The notes beneath the pieces are model-generated. The model was not told the origin of the DNA. It did not search any database and saw nothing but the letters and a program-made list of their open reading frames with translations. Below are positions 27,334 to 43,934 of a stretch of 64,000 nt of DNA, piece after piece. The DNA is from Eledone cirrhosa (lineage: Eukaryota). How positions within the stretch are numbered: position 1 is the stretch's first letter; each line of letters begins with the position of its first letter. Location: contig OZ024742.1 of assembly GCA_964016885.1 (NCBI GenBank), forward strand, positions 152,086,001-152,150,000. Reading direction: 5' to 3'. The translations under genes were made by a program, and so were the position numbers.

Positions 27334-28531
27334 AGTAAAACATTGAACGGGAACAAAACAGAGAGGCAGTACGAACAAATGTTTATTAGTTTCACGCTCT
27401 TGAGAGTGGGGTGGTGGTGGGGAACGACGTTTCGGGCATAAGCCCTTCTTCAGGTGAAAAGTGTGTGGGAAGAGATTTCCAAGGGTGTGTAGGGAAGTGG
27501 TGGAGAGACATATAGAAAAAAGGGGGTGAGGGGAAACGGTGCAAATGAAATTAAAAATAAAGGCATGATCAAAATAAAATTAAAAATACACATGGGGTGA
27601 AACAGGTGGTGGAAGCATGTGGGGCGTGTCGGGGTGGTGGCGGGTGGAGTGGGAGAGGGAGACGGGGTGTCCGAGCGGGGATGGCTGAAGGTGATGTGTG
27701 TGTGTAGGTGTACGTGTGTGTGTGTGTGTGTGTGTATGTGAAAGCAAGGGTTGGGGGAAGAACGGGGTTGCATGTTCAGGAAGAGGTATGTGTGGGGTGG
27801 GGTGTAGGTCGGAGTGTGTGTGCGAGTGTGGATAGAGGGGTGGGGGCAGAGGATTCCGGAGGCTGAATGTGTAAATATGTGGTGGTACGCACGTGTGTGT
27901 GTGGTGTTTATGCGTGTTGTGGATGTACGTGGGGTGTGGGGAAAAAATATTTTTGGGTGTATGTCCGGGGGTGAGTCGTAAAGGTAATTCCGTAAAAGGT
28001 TGTGGTGGAATGCTGAGTAAAATCCTTGGGATACGGTAGATTCTCGGGATCAAGGTTCACATATGTGCAATCCGTGAAGAGATTGGTCGGAAGATGGGAG
28101 ATGTGGGATGCGCGCGCAACAGGAAGTGGTCAGAGGGTCAAGGCAGGAGGAGGGTTGTGTGTCTGTGTGTGCGGGGAGGTGGTCAGAGAGTCATAGCAGC
28201 AGTAGGGTAGAATGGTAAATGAAGAAAGTCGGTGTGTCAGTGTGTGCGGAGGTGCGGTGGACAGGGGAGAGGATGGGTAGGTGTGAAAGTTGGAGTGAGG
28301 AGAGGCTGTGTGTGTATTAGTAGAGGTGTTAGTGGGATGTGTGTGTGTTTGAGAAAGGGTGTGGGTGGAGCGGGGAGAGAAGGGTGTGGGGGCCGATGGA
28401 GGGAGTGTAGTTTACTGGTGTGTGTGTGCGTGTTTGGATGAGTGTGTGTGTGGTGAAGGGGGTGTTAGTGGGTGTTAGTATACTGGAGGTGGAGAAAGGG
28501 TTGAATGCGGGTGAGTGGGGGTCAGCGGTGG
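27334..28531 (-). mobile_element. Second, shorter copy of the Neptune-type 3' region
   Basis: Colinear with 15527-16700. (TA)n at both ends. Confidence 0.85.
27423..27456 (-). ncRNA. Minimal hammerhead ribozyme (predicted)
   Basis: cac-CTGAAGA-a-gggc ttat gccc-GAAA-cg-TC-gtt. Helix III is reduced to the palindrome ACGT. Confidence 0.65.
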
Positions 28532-28570
28532 TATATATATATATATATATATATACATACATATATATAC

Positions 28571-28645
<75 letters not shown>

Positions 28646-28709
28646 TATATACACATATATATACATATATATATATACACATATATATACATATATATAT
28701 ATATATATT

Positions 28710-29114
<405 letters not shown>

Positions 29115-29163
29115 TTTAATATAGATGGTTACCTCAAATTCATCCTGGAATAACATATATATA

Positions 29164-29242
<79 letters not shown>

Positions 29243-30015
29243 GCTCCGTTAATTCGTCAAGCTAATTCAAATGTCGAGTTTACTCGGCTGCTATCTTTAG
29301 TGGCGTGAGTGTGCGAGACATGCTAAGTTCGGGAACCATGTGCGTTACACACACTATCCAGTTTTTTATTATGTTTATACAGAGTGGGATTTACGTATAA
29401 GCTAAACAAGCTATAGCTTAGGGCCCCGACTTCTGGGGGGCCCCGAAAAAATTGAAAAAAAACGGTATGTACATATCCAAAATAGAAGATAAAAAAAACT
29501 AAAATAATGCAATAGCTTTAAACAGTTTTCTGCTTTAATATTAAACGTTTTGCACTTTTTATAACATTTTCTCATGCTCTATTCTTTGTGAACAAACACA
29601 CAGACAGACACTACAACCTTATATATATAGATAATATATTATTTATTCATTTTGGTCCTATTAAATATTTCTTTAAAAAATATTCATCTGTATACTTAGT
29701 AGGCCTGTACCTGTATTAGTTACTGGGTAGTTGCTGGCCTTGTGCCAAAAGTAGAAACAATTTTTACTAATACAGTTCCAGGTAGGAGTAAAGAATAGGG
29801 CAAACATTTTTTCCTGCATTATATTTATAATTATTGTAGTTGATCAATGATCATCATTCCATATTTCTCATGCATTTTACTATTAATAATTAAATATAAT
29901 ACTAATAAAAATTAAATATATAACTAATAAAAATTATGAATTCTTAAAAATGTCAGCAATACATTTTAAATATATGTTTATAGTTATTTTAAATTTTTGG
30001 CCCACAGTTTACAAA

Positions 30016-32471
30016 ATGTCAACCAGAAGTTATAAAAGTGGAGTTGAAAAGATGATGAAGAAGCAGAAAGCAGAAGAAGAGCTTAGCAACTTGCCAAAAT
30101 TAGAAAGTTTCTTAACAAAGATAGATAAGGGGCCTGATGAACCCAAAGCCTCTACCACAGTGAGTCAGTCATGGGATGAATATCCCATGACTGATACAGA
30201 ACCTGGTACATCTAGTTCTATAGAATCAGCTTCAACGAATGAAGCAAGAAATATTAAGATTTACAAACCAGAGAGTACTACAAGCACAGAAGATTCAAAA
30301 TAAAAAAAACAAAGAGAATGATGTTGGGCTATGGGGTGAATTAAGCAAAGATGACATTATATACTGGGTAGAAAAAGGTCCGTCAGGGTGTCAGCACTGA
30401 AATGGTTCATTTGAAAAGTCAAAGAAGTTTTTTGCAAACCAAGACAGATATTGTTCAGAAGGCTTGTTCTATCCCAAACGGGCTTATGGTGAAAAATACT
30501 ACAGAGAATGGTTAGTATATTCACCAGAAAATGGTCGTGTATACTGTTTTATGTTCAAACTCTTTTCGAATTCTTCTACAGCATTATCATCAGATGGATT
30601 TTGTGATTGGCGCAACACCTAATTAGTTCAAAGTCATGAAATCTATGTAGACCATAGGACAGCTTCGGTAGCATATCTTACAAGAAAACATGGCTCAACT
30701 ATTGACTGCCAACTAGCAGAACAGATAAATACTACATGTTCTTGAACGAGTTGTAGCAGTTATAATTACTATGGCAGAGCGTGGTTTACCTTTCAGAGGA
30801 GATAAGGAAATATTTGGTTCTCCTCACAATGGCAATTTCCTTGGATTACTTGAACTTATTGCAAAATTTGATCCTTTTCTAGCAAACCATATAACAGAAT
30901 TTGGGAATAAAGGATCAGGTGTCACATCTCATCTTTCTAAAACAATATGTGATGAATTTATCCAAATTATGGCATATAAAGTAAGAGAATCAATCTTGGA
31001 TGATTTAAGAACTGCAGGGTACTTCAGTTTATCTGTAGATTCCACTCCAGACCGGTCCCATATCGATCAGCTCACTGTTATTGTGAGGTATGTTTCACCA
31101 GATGATGGGCTCCCTATTGAACGATTTCTAACCTTCCTATACCTAGAGATGGGTAGCCACGCAGGGTAATGTATGGCTAGGATGGTGCACGACTACCTTA
31201 CAAATGAGTGCAAAATAAATTTTAGTAAGTGTCGAGGACAATCATATGATAATACTGCCAATATGTCTGGCAAATACAAGGGTATACAAGAAATAATATT
31301 GAACATTAATAAATATGCTATGTATATTCCATGTGCCGGTCATTCTTTGAATCTTGTTGGTAGAGCAGCAGTTGACTGTTGCTTAGATGCAGTAAGCATT
31401 TTTGGAATTGTTCAAGAAATATACAATTTCTTTTCATCATCTACACATAGATGGACAATACTGTTGTCATTCTTCAAAGATGATTCAAAAGTTCCAAAGT
31501 CTTTGTCAAAGACTAGATAGGAAGCACATCCAATGGCCACAAGTGCAATACTTGATAGTTATGATGGAATAATTCCTGTATTGCATCAGCTGCATATTGA
31601 TACTACAGAGAAAGGCCATAAATATTTTGAATAAAATGGAGGAGTTTGAATTCATGGTAATGTCATATTTGTGGAGTTATTTGCTGGATGAATTTCACAA
31701 GACTATTCAATCACTGCCAGACCCCAAAGTTAGTCTAGATGTATGTAGGAAATTGTATGCTTCACTTTCGGATTTTGTTAAAGGTACCAGGGATCTTTTC
31801 GACCATTTTGAAGAACATGCAAAGGAAAAATTGCCTGATGTTGATTACAAGAAAAGCAGATCTAGAAGAAGGCATATCGATGATGAAGATGATGCTTTAG
31901 AGAACCTTGAGCAAATAGACAAGTTCAGAGTCAAAGACTTTATACCTGCATTGGATGCATTAGAGTCAAATCTGACACAGAGGGCATCAGTATACAATGA
32001 TGCTGCAAAAAGGTTTTCATTCTTAACAAAATTAAATGCTACAGAAGAAGAGAATTGTGAAGGAGTAAGTGCCCCTGAAGATGTGGACATGAACCTTGTT
32101 GGAGAACTTCAGCATTTTCATCAATATGTTAGACATAGTCAAAGCCATGATTCACAGGAATATGATAGTCTGACACATCAGGATCTTTATCGAGTAATAT
32201 TTAACGATCATGTCCAATCAGCATTCCCTAATGTAGAAGCAATTTTGAGAATGTTTCTTAGTTTGATGATTGCAAATTGCTAGGAGAAAGATCTTTTTCT
32301 CAGCTGAAGAGGATAAAAAATGAATTGAGAACAACAATGACTCCAGATAAATTATGTTCCCTCACTCTCATGTGCATAGAAAGTGACAAACTATGCAGTT
32401 TATCATTTGATGATATCATCAGTGATTTTGCTCTGGCAAAAGCAAAAAAGAAAGTAGATGCATTAATATAA
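30016..32471 (+). pseudogene. hAT transposase pseudogene (ZMYM1-like family)
   Basis: LPFRG...GNFLGLLELIAKFD, FSLSVDSTPD.SHIDQL, GQSYDN.ANMSG, CAGHSLNL, LSKTR(W), FPNV...ERSFSQLKRIKNELRTTM. Stops and frameshifts. Confidence 0.92.
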
Positions 32472-32817
32472 TTATTCCTTATAGCAAGTTTCTAGAGATT
32501 AGATTATAAGCCTTTGTAAATTGTGTTTTTTAAAAGAACTTTCGTTTTTTCACCGAAGGATTTGCATTATTAAGTTTGTTATGAATAAAAAGTAATTTTG
32601 AGTTAGAGATTAATAATTATTTCACTATTAACATACTTCTTCTTAATAGTATTTCAATTTAACTACTACTTTGATAAAATTCATAATTTATCAAGTACAA
32701 ATGGCTTCTGATATCTATTAGGTCCTAAAAATCATATAGTATATTAAATACACAAAACAGCGACGATTTTTGGCTGACATAGGGCATCTAGACATATAAA
32801 AGGCCCCATTATCTCAA

Positions 32818-33000
32818 GTGTATTGGCAGTATTGGTAGAGGGTCGGACGCCATGCTTTCCAGCATAGTTACGTCCCTTTACGATCTGAGTTCAAATCCCG
32901 CCGAGGTTGACTTTGCCCTTCATCCTTACGGGGTCGATAAAATAAAGTACCAGTAATGCACTGGGTTATTGCTGGCCTTGTGCCTAAAGTAGAAACAATT
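32818..33000 (+). mobile_element. SINE family A nested in the hAT 3' subterminus
   Basis: Matches 7486-7670. Confidence 0.88.
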
Positions 33001-33460
33001 ATCACAAATAGCTGAGGGCCTCAACAAATCTATATCTGGCCCTGTATGTATACACACACTATCCAGTTTTTGATTATATTTAGAAGTGATCAGGATACTA
33101 ATTTCTTCGCTCGCTGATCAGCTTAGGACTTTGGTACCCCTTTTCACAAATACTATTGCGAAATAGTTCTATGAAAACGGCTCGGGTGTTCGGTTGTTAC
33201 CACAATTATGGTTTGTATTTATTTTTCTCGATTTGTTCTTAAATTGAGCCTGGCAAACCCTATTGTCTGTAGTTAGTATTTTTTTCACCTTAGGCGATTC
33301 TGGTCCATTACGATTTGAAGACATATAGGTATATGTCTGCGTTCGTTTTACTTTTTTGTTCAGTTATACTATACGACTCGGAAAAAAGCACTTTCCTAGA
33401 GCAGAGCTAATTTACTGTAATGAGACTATTTTTAGTTTCTAACTCAATACATGCCTTTGA

Positions 33461-34142
<682 letters not shown>

Positions 34143-34241
34143 TTGAGGTTGGTAATGGCACATGGAATATATAAGAGACAGAATACTTTTCTGTGAAAAA
34201 ACATATAATTTTATAAGGTAAGGAAAGAATAAAGGGTATAA

Positions 34242-34285
34242 AAAATGACCGGTTTCGATGGGTCTACAAAATCTTTTCAAATGTT
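34242..34285 (-). ncRNA. Minimal hammerhead ribozyme, U3-A8 core variant (predicted)
   Basis: aacat-TTGAAAA-gat tttgtagaccc atc-GAAA-ccgg-TC-atttt. Confidence 0.55.
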
Positions 34286-34653
34286 GATTAATATTAAGAA
34301 AAATTAATAATAAGAAGAGTTACAATTTGAGATTTTAAAATTCAAGTATAAAATTCAGTGTGGGATTTCATAGTAGTTTTCATCTTGGTAGCAGCAAGTT
34401 GACTGCTGTGTGTCCCTTTCTGGTAGTGAATGAGGAATTATATGTGGGGAGTGGCTTTAAAAAATTTTTTTTTTTTAATGTCAGATTTAGCAATGGCCAG
34501 ATGGCCAGCTGCTGGTCAGTGAGGGGGTGGAAGCAACATACATACATATATCTCCAAGTGGTCGGTAGGAGAGGGGAGAGTGATAGAAAGGGATTTAGTG
34601 CACTTAAACCTATGTATACACATACACTCATCCACACACACATACATATACAT

Positions 34654-35413
<760 letters not shown>

Positions 35414-35947
35414 ACATAAATATATATATATATATACACACATACATACACACCCACATATACATATACATACACAAATACACACACACACACACATACA
35501 TATACACATACACACACATATATATATATACACACACACATATATATACATACACATACATCCAGATACACACATATATATACACACACACATACATACA
35601 CATATATATATATATGTACATACACACACACATATATATATATATATATACACACACACATACATACACACAAACATATATACATACACCCATACAAACA
35701 CACACACACACATATATACACATACACACATATATAAATACGCACACACTCACATATATATACATACACATACATCCATATACACACATACATACACACA
35801 CACATACACACATACATACACATACATACATCCACATGCACACACATACACACACACATACACATACATACACCCACACACATAGAGAAATGGCCTCTCT
35901 CTCTCTATATATATATATGGCCTATATATATATATATATATATATGG

Positions 35948-36028
<81 letters not shown>

Positions 36029-36042
36029 TTTTAATATAGATG

Positions 36043-36093
36043 AGATTCTACAGTACTAGAACTGTTTCATTCTTTAGAAATCATCAGAAATCT
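36043..36093 (-). ncRNA. Type I hammerhead ribozyme, canonical (predicted)
   Basis: agattt-CTGATGA-tttc taaa gaat-GAAA-cag ttctagta ctg-TA-gaatct. Confidence 0.8.
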
Positions 36094-36520
36094 GGCTTTA
36101 CGAATATAAATGTTGTGGTATTTATATCGCTTCAGGTGGTAGGAGAAGGTGGGGAGTGGGATGAGTAGAGGTCATTGGTTGAAAGAAAAGGGAATTCATT
36201 AAAAGCTAATTCTTTACGGCTATAATCTATATTTAGAGTGACAAATGCAGAAAGAATTCTATAAACAAGTTCAGAATGGAGTGTCCTTATTTTTAAGTTT
36301 CTCTTAAGCTAACAATGCCTATATTTCAGGTGTCTATACGATGGTTGGGGGTCGGTCATGGTTGATGGATTTAAAGAAAAGGGAAATTCTTTTAAAGCTA
36401 ATTCTTTAAAGCTCTACTTAGAGTGACAAAGGCCTAGAGAATTCTATAAACCAGTTCAAAATATTGGATGCCTATCATGTCATTATTGTCATATTTCTCT
36501 TAAGCTATATTCCAGGTGTC

Positions 36521-36648
<128 letters not shown>

Positions 36649-36835
36649 TACATATATATTTATTTAATACAATAACAGAGATAGTTTAAAGCTAAACTCT
36701 GACTGGTAACCAGCTCACTCAACAAACATTAGGTTATATTAAAATAAGTGTTTGGGGTGCTAACAAAATGTATAATGTGGAAAAACCAGTTGTATTATTT
36801 TATGAGATATAATTAAAGTTAAAGTATATCTCTCT

Positions 36836-36961
36836 TTCCAAACAATTGTTTCATTATAAGTTTTCTACAAGTTTGGGAGAATGTTTCCAGTTTATGTAGA
36901 AGCCTAATATATATTCATGTAAGAATATATTTAGGTGGGCACTTATAAATCGTCAGTGGAA
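36836..36961 (-). ncRNA. Type I hammerhead ribozyme with long helix II (predicted)
   Basis: ttcca-CTGACGA-tttataag...cttataat-GAAA-caattg-TT-tggaa. Confidence 0.75.
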
Positions 36962-37900
36962 GCCCATTAAACATTGATATAAGAAAACAAATTTCTTACC
37001 GCTGTCAAAAATCATGTCCGTAAAGTAGCTCTCTCTCACCTCGAATGACCGCCAAATTTGAAATCCCAGCAGTTTTTGACTGAGGAAGTATCATAGCGAC
37101 ACGAAGCGGGAAGGGGAGACAACCCACGAAATGAGTTAAAAAATAATATACACGCGGGTTAATTAGTTTTTTTGAAAACATTATCAATCCGACGTGTTTA
37201 AGAACTCAATTGAAAATAAAAAAATAAATATATGCTTGTATAAATTACACACGCATATAGATATTTTCTTAGGCTAAATCAGAAGTTGTACCCGAATAAG
37301 AACCACTTCACATAACCGCAGTAAATGCAGAAAGTTATGGGAATATGCAAATATGCAAATGGGAATATAATTCTCCGGCCGAAATATTAAGAGTAAAATA
37401 TAAAACACACGCGGGTTAATTAGTTATTACAAAACCAACATTAGTTCCTCGTGTAAAGAACTCTATTAATAAAAGAAAATAAATACACATATGCATGTAA
37501 TTATATACGTAGGCATATATATATATATTTTCCTAGGCTAAAAAACAGAGAAGTTACAACCAAAAAAAGCCACAATATTTCACAACAGTAATAAATACGG
37601 AAAGTCAAATTCATAAGGTACCTGGAAATAAACACCTCTGGCCAATGAAGAGTAAATATTTAATACAATAACAGAGATAGTTTAAAGCTAAACTCTGACT
37701 GGTAACCAGCTCACTCAACAAACATTAGGTTATATTAAAATATAAACCCAATTAAGTGTTTGGGGTGCTAACAAAATGTATAATGTGGAAAAACCAGTTG
37801 TATTATTTTATGAGATATAATTAAAGTTAAAGTATATATATATATATATAGATATATATATATATATATATATAAATATATATATATACACACACCCAGG

Positions 37901-38025
<125 letters not shown>

Positions 38026-38026
38026 G

Positions 38027-38241
38027 AACGATCGACTTTCGTCAAATCGGACCGAGGAATCAAAGTTTCCATTGGTCTTTCCAATTGCTAATACTATCTA
38101 TCGGTCGCAACTCCAGGTAGAAGGAGCAACGTGAAAATAAAGTGTCTTGCTCAAGGACATAACGCATCACCTGGTCCAGGAATCGAACTCACAACCTTAC
38201 GTTTGCGAATCCAATTATCTAACCACTCAGCCACACGCCTT
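38027..38241 (-). mobile_element. tRNA-derived SINE family B
   Basis: Reverse complement of 56597-56812. Confidence 0.88.
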
Positions 38242-38663
38242 AATTCGGCCGGAGAGTTACATTCCCATTTGCCCTTTAAAGCATAACTTTCCGTATTTAC
38301 TACGGTTACGAGATGCGGTTTCTTAGTCACATACAACCTCTGTTTTTAGCCTAAGAAAATATCTATATGCGCGTGTAATTTATACACGCATATATTTATT
38401 TTTTTAATTTCAATTGAGTTCTTAACACGTTGGATTGATAATGTTTTCGAAAAAACTGATTAAACCGCGTGTATATTTTTTTTCCTCCTTCCGTGGATCG
38501 TAGTTGTCTCCCCTTCCCGCTTAGTGACGCTATAATACTTCCTCAGTCAAAAACTGCTGGAATTTCAAATTTGCCGGTCATTCGATGCGGGAAGGAGCAA
38601 CTTAACGGACACGATTTTTAACTGTGGTAAGAAATGTTTTTCTTATATCAAAGTTTATTGGGC

Positions 38664-38788
38664 TTCCACTGATGATTTATAAGCGCCCACCTAAATATAT
38701 TCTTACATGAATGTATATTAGGCTTCTACATAAACTGGAAATATTCTCCGAATTTGTAGAAAACTTATAATGAAACAATTGTTTGGAA
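38664..38788 (+). ncRNA. Type I hammerhead ribozyme with long helix II (predicted)
   Basis: ttcca-CTGATGA-tttataag...(~80 nt)...cttataat-GAAA-caattg-TT-tggaa. Confidence 0.78.
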
Positions 38789-38975
38789 AGAGAGATATAT
38801 TTTAACTTTAATTATATCTCATAAAATAATACAACTGGCTTTTCCACATAATACATATTGTTAGCACCCCAAACACTTAAATTGGGTTTATATTAAAATA
38901 TAACCTAATGTTTGTTGAGTGAGATGGTTACCAGTCAGAGATTAGCTTTAAACTATCTCTGTTATTGTATTAATA

Positions 38976-39024
<49 letters not shown>

Positions 39025-39135
39025 CATATAAATATACACATATATAAGCATATGCAAACACATCTAAATAAATACACATATATACGCATATACAAAATAC
39101 ATAAACACATACACAAATATATATATATATATAAT

Positions 39136-39166
<31 letters not shown>

Positions 39167-39211
39167 CACACATATATTAATGTTAATTCTCTCTCTATAT
39201 ATATATGATAG

Positions 39212-39243
<32 letters not shown>

Positions 39244-39333
39244 TGCCCCCTCGTTATCGAGTATGGCCATTGCACGAGGAGAAATAAAAAAAAAAAATAA
39301 TAATAATAAATAAAAAAAAAAAAATAATAAAAG

Positions 39334-39390
<57 letters not shown>

Positions 39391-39579
39391 CATACACATA
39401 TACCCCCACACACACACTCACATACATATACACACACATACATACATTAATAACAATAATAATAATAATAATCGTAACAACAATAATAATAACGACAACA
39501 ACAATAATAATATACATATACATATATATATACACACATACGCACACACATAAGCATATCTACACACACACACACACAC

Positions 39580-42500
39580 GATAGCAACTAACAGCGCTGC
39601 GATCGAATGTGGCTTTTTAGCCCAGCCAATGATCTAAAATGTCTTGCACAGAGTCGGCAACCAAAACATTCACTGGGAATAGTCGGCTGTGGTTGGAGTT
39701 CGTGTACCTTTGCATGTCGCTTGAGCCCTCCTGCTGATTTACATTCTCTACCACATGTTTGGCAAGCATGATGAGTAGCATCTCCAACAGCAGCCTGGTA
39801 GTCAACCACTGGTCTTACATTATGACTGCGAAGATGGCTTTCGAGTCCAGCTTTGCTTAGGCAGAGTCTCGCACACACGCTGCATGTCAGCACCATAGGA
39901 GGACCCTCGCCGTCTGGAAGTGCAACAGCAATACCCTTCCTCACATCCCGCTTTACTTTCCCGTATGCGATTCGAGATGCCTCAAAGGCAACTTTTCCCT
40001 CATATACAGTCTTTCTCCATTTATTACGATGAGCAGCAATATTCTCCCATGTATCAGCAGAGATGTTAGCGTCTTTCAGAGAGGCTTTCAAGGAATCCTT
40101 ATACCTCTTTTTTGGTTTATGTGGCGGTCGTTTTCCTTTAACCAACTCTCCATAAAAGAGTTGTTTTGATATTCTAGAATCCTTCATCCTGGCAAGGTGA
40201 CCACTCCAACGGAGTCGTTGCTTAAGCACAAGAGCTTCTATACTGTCACACATAGAGCTTTCCAAAATCTCGACATCACTGATGTGGTCCCTCCAGTGAA
40301 CGCCATGGATCCGTCTGAGACACATCTGATGGAAACGCTCCAATTGCTTAAGGTGGTGTCGATATGTGACCCAGGTCTCGCAGGCATAAAGAAGACAAGA
40401 GAGCACACATGCCCTGTACACCTTTACCTTTGTCCTCCTGCATATATCTTGCCGACCCCAGAGTCGCCTTTCTAGCTTTCCGAAAGCATCACTTGCTTTC
40501 CTAATCCTAAGTGAGATTTCACTGTCAAGGTTGCTGTATCGATTGACAGTGTTTCCCAGGTAGACAAACTGATCAATTACTCCAAGTCGTTTGCCATACA
40601 CATAGATGTTTGGTTCAGTGTACTGCTTACCAGGGGCAGGTTGGTACATGACGACGGTTTTCTTGAGACTGACAGTCAGACCTAGGGCAGTGCAAGCGTC
40701 AGAAAATGTATTCAAAATGTGCTGCATATCACTCTCTGTGTGCGCTACAAGATCGCAATCATCTACATACAAGAGGTCTCTTATGATTGATGTAAATACT
40801 TTTGTCTTCGCAGCAAAGCGCCTGATGTTAAATATGCTGCCTGAGGTTCGATATCGGATGTAAACACCATGCTCGCAATTCCTGAATGTAATACAGAAAA
40901 CCATTGCAAAGTATATGGCAAAAAGGGTCGGTGCTGGAATATCCCCCTGTTTCACTCCATATTTTACTGAGATAGGCTCCGACATGTTACCCCCGACATT
41001 AACCCAAGCCTTCATGTCGTCATGGAAAGACCTAACTAAAGCAAGGAACTTATCAGGGCAACCAAGTTTCTGGAGAACCTTCCATAATGCATCTCTGTTA
41101 ACAGTATCGAAAGCTTTTGTCAGATAGACAAAAACCTGATACAGATCCAAGCCTTGTTCCATGCACTTCTCCAGGAGCTGTCTAGCTGAGAAGATCATAT
41201 CAGTAGTGCCACGTCCAGCACGAAAACCAGATTGACTTTCAGGAAGAACACAATCTGCAATGTGTGTCAGCAGACGGTCCAGAAGCACCCTACATAAACT
41301 TTCCCTACGACAGAAAGCAATGATATACCTCTGTAGTTCCGACAATCGTTCCTGTTACCCTTTCCCTTGTACAAGACCACCATTACTGCATCTCTCCAGT
41401 CCTCAGGTACGGATTCATTAGCCCATATTCTGCCAAACAAAGAGTGAAGATGTTGCAGGAGTCTCTCACCACCATATTGTAGGAGCTCAGCATGTATGCC
41501 ATCCATACCTGGAGATCTTCCACTGTTCAGCTTCGAAATAGCCACTGCAACCTCCACAAGCGTCGGAGGTTCTGCGAGAGCTACTTTCACAGGACTTTCT
41601 GGAATGAGATTGAGGAAATCTTCACTGACGACAGACGGCTGATTCAAAATATCATCAAAGTGCTCTCGCCACCTTCGTAGAATTCCTTGTGTGTCACGAA
41701 GAAGTTCTTTGCCAGCCTTGCATGCCAAGCGGTGTCACCAGAGAAGAAGACGGTCCATAAACCTCACGCAAGAGACTGTACAACAGCTTTGTGTTATTGG
41801 AATCAGACGCAGTTTGTATCTCACCAGCCTTCTCACTCCACCACTGATCCTTCATCTGAGAAAGAATTCGCCTAACACGTGATTTTGCATCCCTGAGTTC
41901 CTCATGCAATGTATTCCTCTCCTGTGGTTTTGCCGTCAAGTAGCGTGACAGAACACGCCTCTTATCAGCCAACAAGTGTTCTATATGTACATCATTCTCA
42001 TCAAACCAGTCCTGATGTTTCCTCTACGCCAATCCCAGAACACGCCTGCCTACATCATAAACCGACTTTTTAAGGGTCGGCCTATCCTCACCAAGGTCTG
42101 CAGCCTGCATCTCTTCTTCCAATGTCCTCTTCACATTTTTATCCTTAAGACGAGCAGCATTCAATCTTTTGGGAAGGGCAACACCAGGAGCCCGGATTTT
42201 ACGTTTAGTGATTAGTTTCACTTTTGCGCGTACCAGGCGGTGGTCCGTCCAGCACTCAGCTCCACGAAGAACATGAACACACTGCACATCCTGTCTGTCA
42301 CGCATCCTGACTAGGAGGTAGTCCAAAAGATGCCATTCCTTAGATGCAGGATGCATCCATGTGGTCTTGAATTTGTTCTTTTGTTGGAACATGGTGCTGG
42401 TAACACACAGATCCAGCTCCTCACACATCTGCAGCAGGAGCATACCATTGCTGTTACACTTTCCCACCCCATGCCTTCCGATTACATTCCATGTGTTAAA

Positions 42501-43000
42501 ATCCCTACCCACTCTAGCATTAAAGTCACCAAGCACGATGACTTTGTCTGCCTGAGGGATATTTCTTAAAACACCTTTCAAGGCATGGTAAAAGGACACC
42601 TTTTCCACATCGACAGAACTCATAGTTGGAGCATACACACTCACCAGGGTAGCATATCTTCCCTTGTCCAGCGGAACTCTCATGGACATAAGACGCCACT
42701 AATCCCTACTGGGAATTCTTCTAATTTGTTCACAAGCACAGTCTTAACAGCAAATCCTTCTGGTTCCTTCATCTCTCCCTTTCCAGAAGAATGTATATTC
42801 TCCACAAAATTCCGTAAGATGACCATCTCCAGCTAGCCTCGTCTCAGATAAAGCCACGATGTCAAGATCGTAACGTCGAAGCTCCTTTGCAAAAAGAGCG
42901 GTCCTTCGTTCAGGACGCCCCAAGGAATCCCTGTCAAGCAGCGTCCGTACGTTCCAGCAGCCAAGAGTAAATGCCTTGTTTGGCTCTATTACAATGGCAC
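39580..43000 (-). mobile_element. RTE-clade LINE (APE endonuclease, RT, C-terminal C2H2 fingers), frameshifted
   Basis: LGCWNVRTL, ALSETRL, SVYAPT, LGDFNARVG, TWMHP..K.WHLLDY, TDH; NYRGISLLS, QSGFR..RGT.D, LTKAFD, GVKQG, LLYVDD. Very short 3'UTR ending in (GT)n. At least 4 reading-frame breaks. Confidence 0.95.
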
Positions 43001-43157
43001 GATGACGAGCGGGCCCAGGCTGTGATAACCTGGGGCCCCTGCCCTTATTGCCAATGATCTTTTTTGTTCCAGAACCTAAATTGCCAATTATCTCTTTTAT
43101 ATTGTTCTGGAACATCATTGAATTGGAAAAAAAAAAAAAAAAAAAAAAGTAATAATA

Positions 43158-43203
<46 letters not shown>

Positions 43204-43279
43204 GGGAAGAAGACGCACGAGGTGACGGAGGTCATGAAATCGCTCCCGTAAGTTTTGAATTTTTAACATATTTAAATCA

Positions 43280-43640
43280 TTTGTGAAATAACAACTCTTA
43301 GTACAAATGCTACGTAAAGCACCCGGCTTGAGCCCCAAAAAAATTCGGACCCAAAATATATTGTTATAAGGCTCAAATATTCAAATATTCAACTTTGTAT
43401 TGTACACTGTATATCCAAAAAAAAATAAAATGGCTATAAATGGAAGAAGAAGAACCCCCCCCTCCTCTCCTCTGGCTACACTATATAGGACAGCGAAACT
43501 CACCAACACCAGAAACTAGATACACCACCCACCCCATCATCTGTGTACACTAAACACAACAGCATTTTCACCTTCACCGCCACCGCTCACTACGGCCATC
43601 ATTACCACCACTATCCCATCACCGCCGCCACCACCCCTTG
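43280..43640 (+). repeat. Unclassified dispersed repeat, also at 62441-63030
   Basis: Shared ttgtgaaataacaaYtcttagtacaaat...tataaatggaagaa...caccaacaccagaaact.gatacaccacc...ccactatcccatcaccgccgccaccac. Confidence 0.75.
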
Positions 43641-43934
43641 ACTCCTTCACTGCTGCTGCCACCGCTACAGCACCATCACTACAGTAATACGGTGGCATCA
43701 CCGCCACCACTGCCTCGGTATCGACATCACCACCACCACTGTCTCAGTATCGCCAACGCCGCCAGTCTCTGCTGGCTGCCACTTCCACATTATAGAATTC
43801 CTACTACTAACAAAGAGGAAGGCATCAAAATATATAGATAGACTCAAAAGAAAAAAGAAAAAAACAAACAACAAAAGCAGCACAGCAACAACAGCAAAAA
43901 ACGAGAAAAACAAACAGAGAAAAACAAAAACAAA

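Larger units (their letters stand above)
29380..33044 (+). mobile_element. Decayed hAT DNA transposon
   Basis: Imperfect TIRs cagagtgggattta / tatatctggccctg, possible degenerate 8-bp TSD tgtttata/tatgtata, and an internal transposase. Confidence 0.8.

Noticed and set aside
29950-32471. Host ZMYM1-like gene
   Set aside because: Multiple stops and frameshifts, no MYM fingers, and TIR-like ends. It is a dead hAT transposase.
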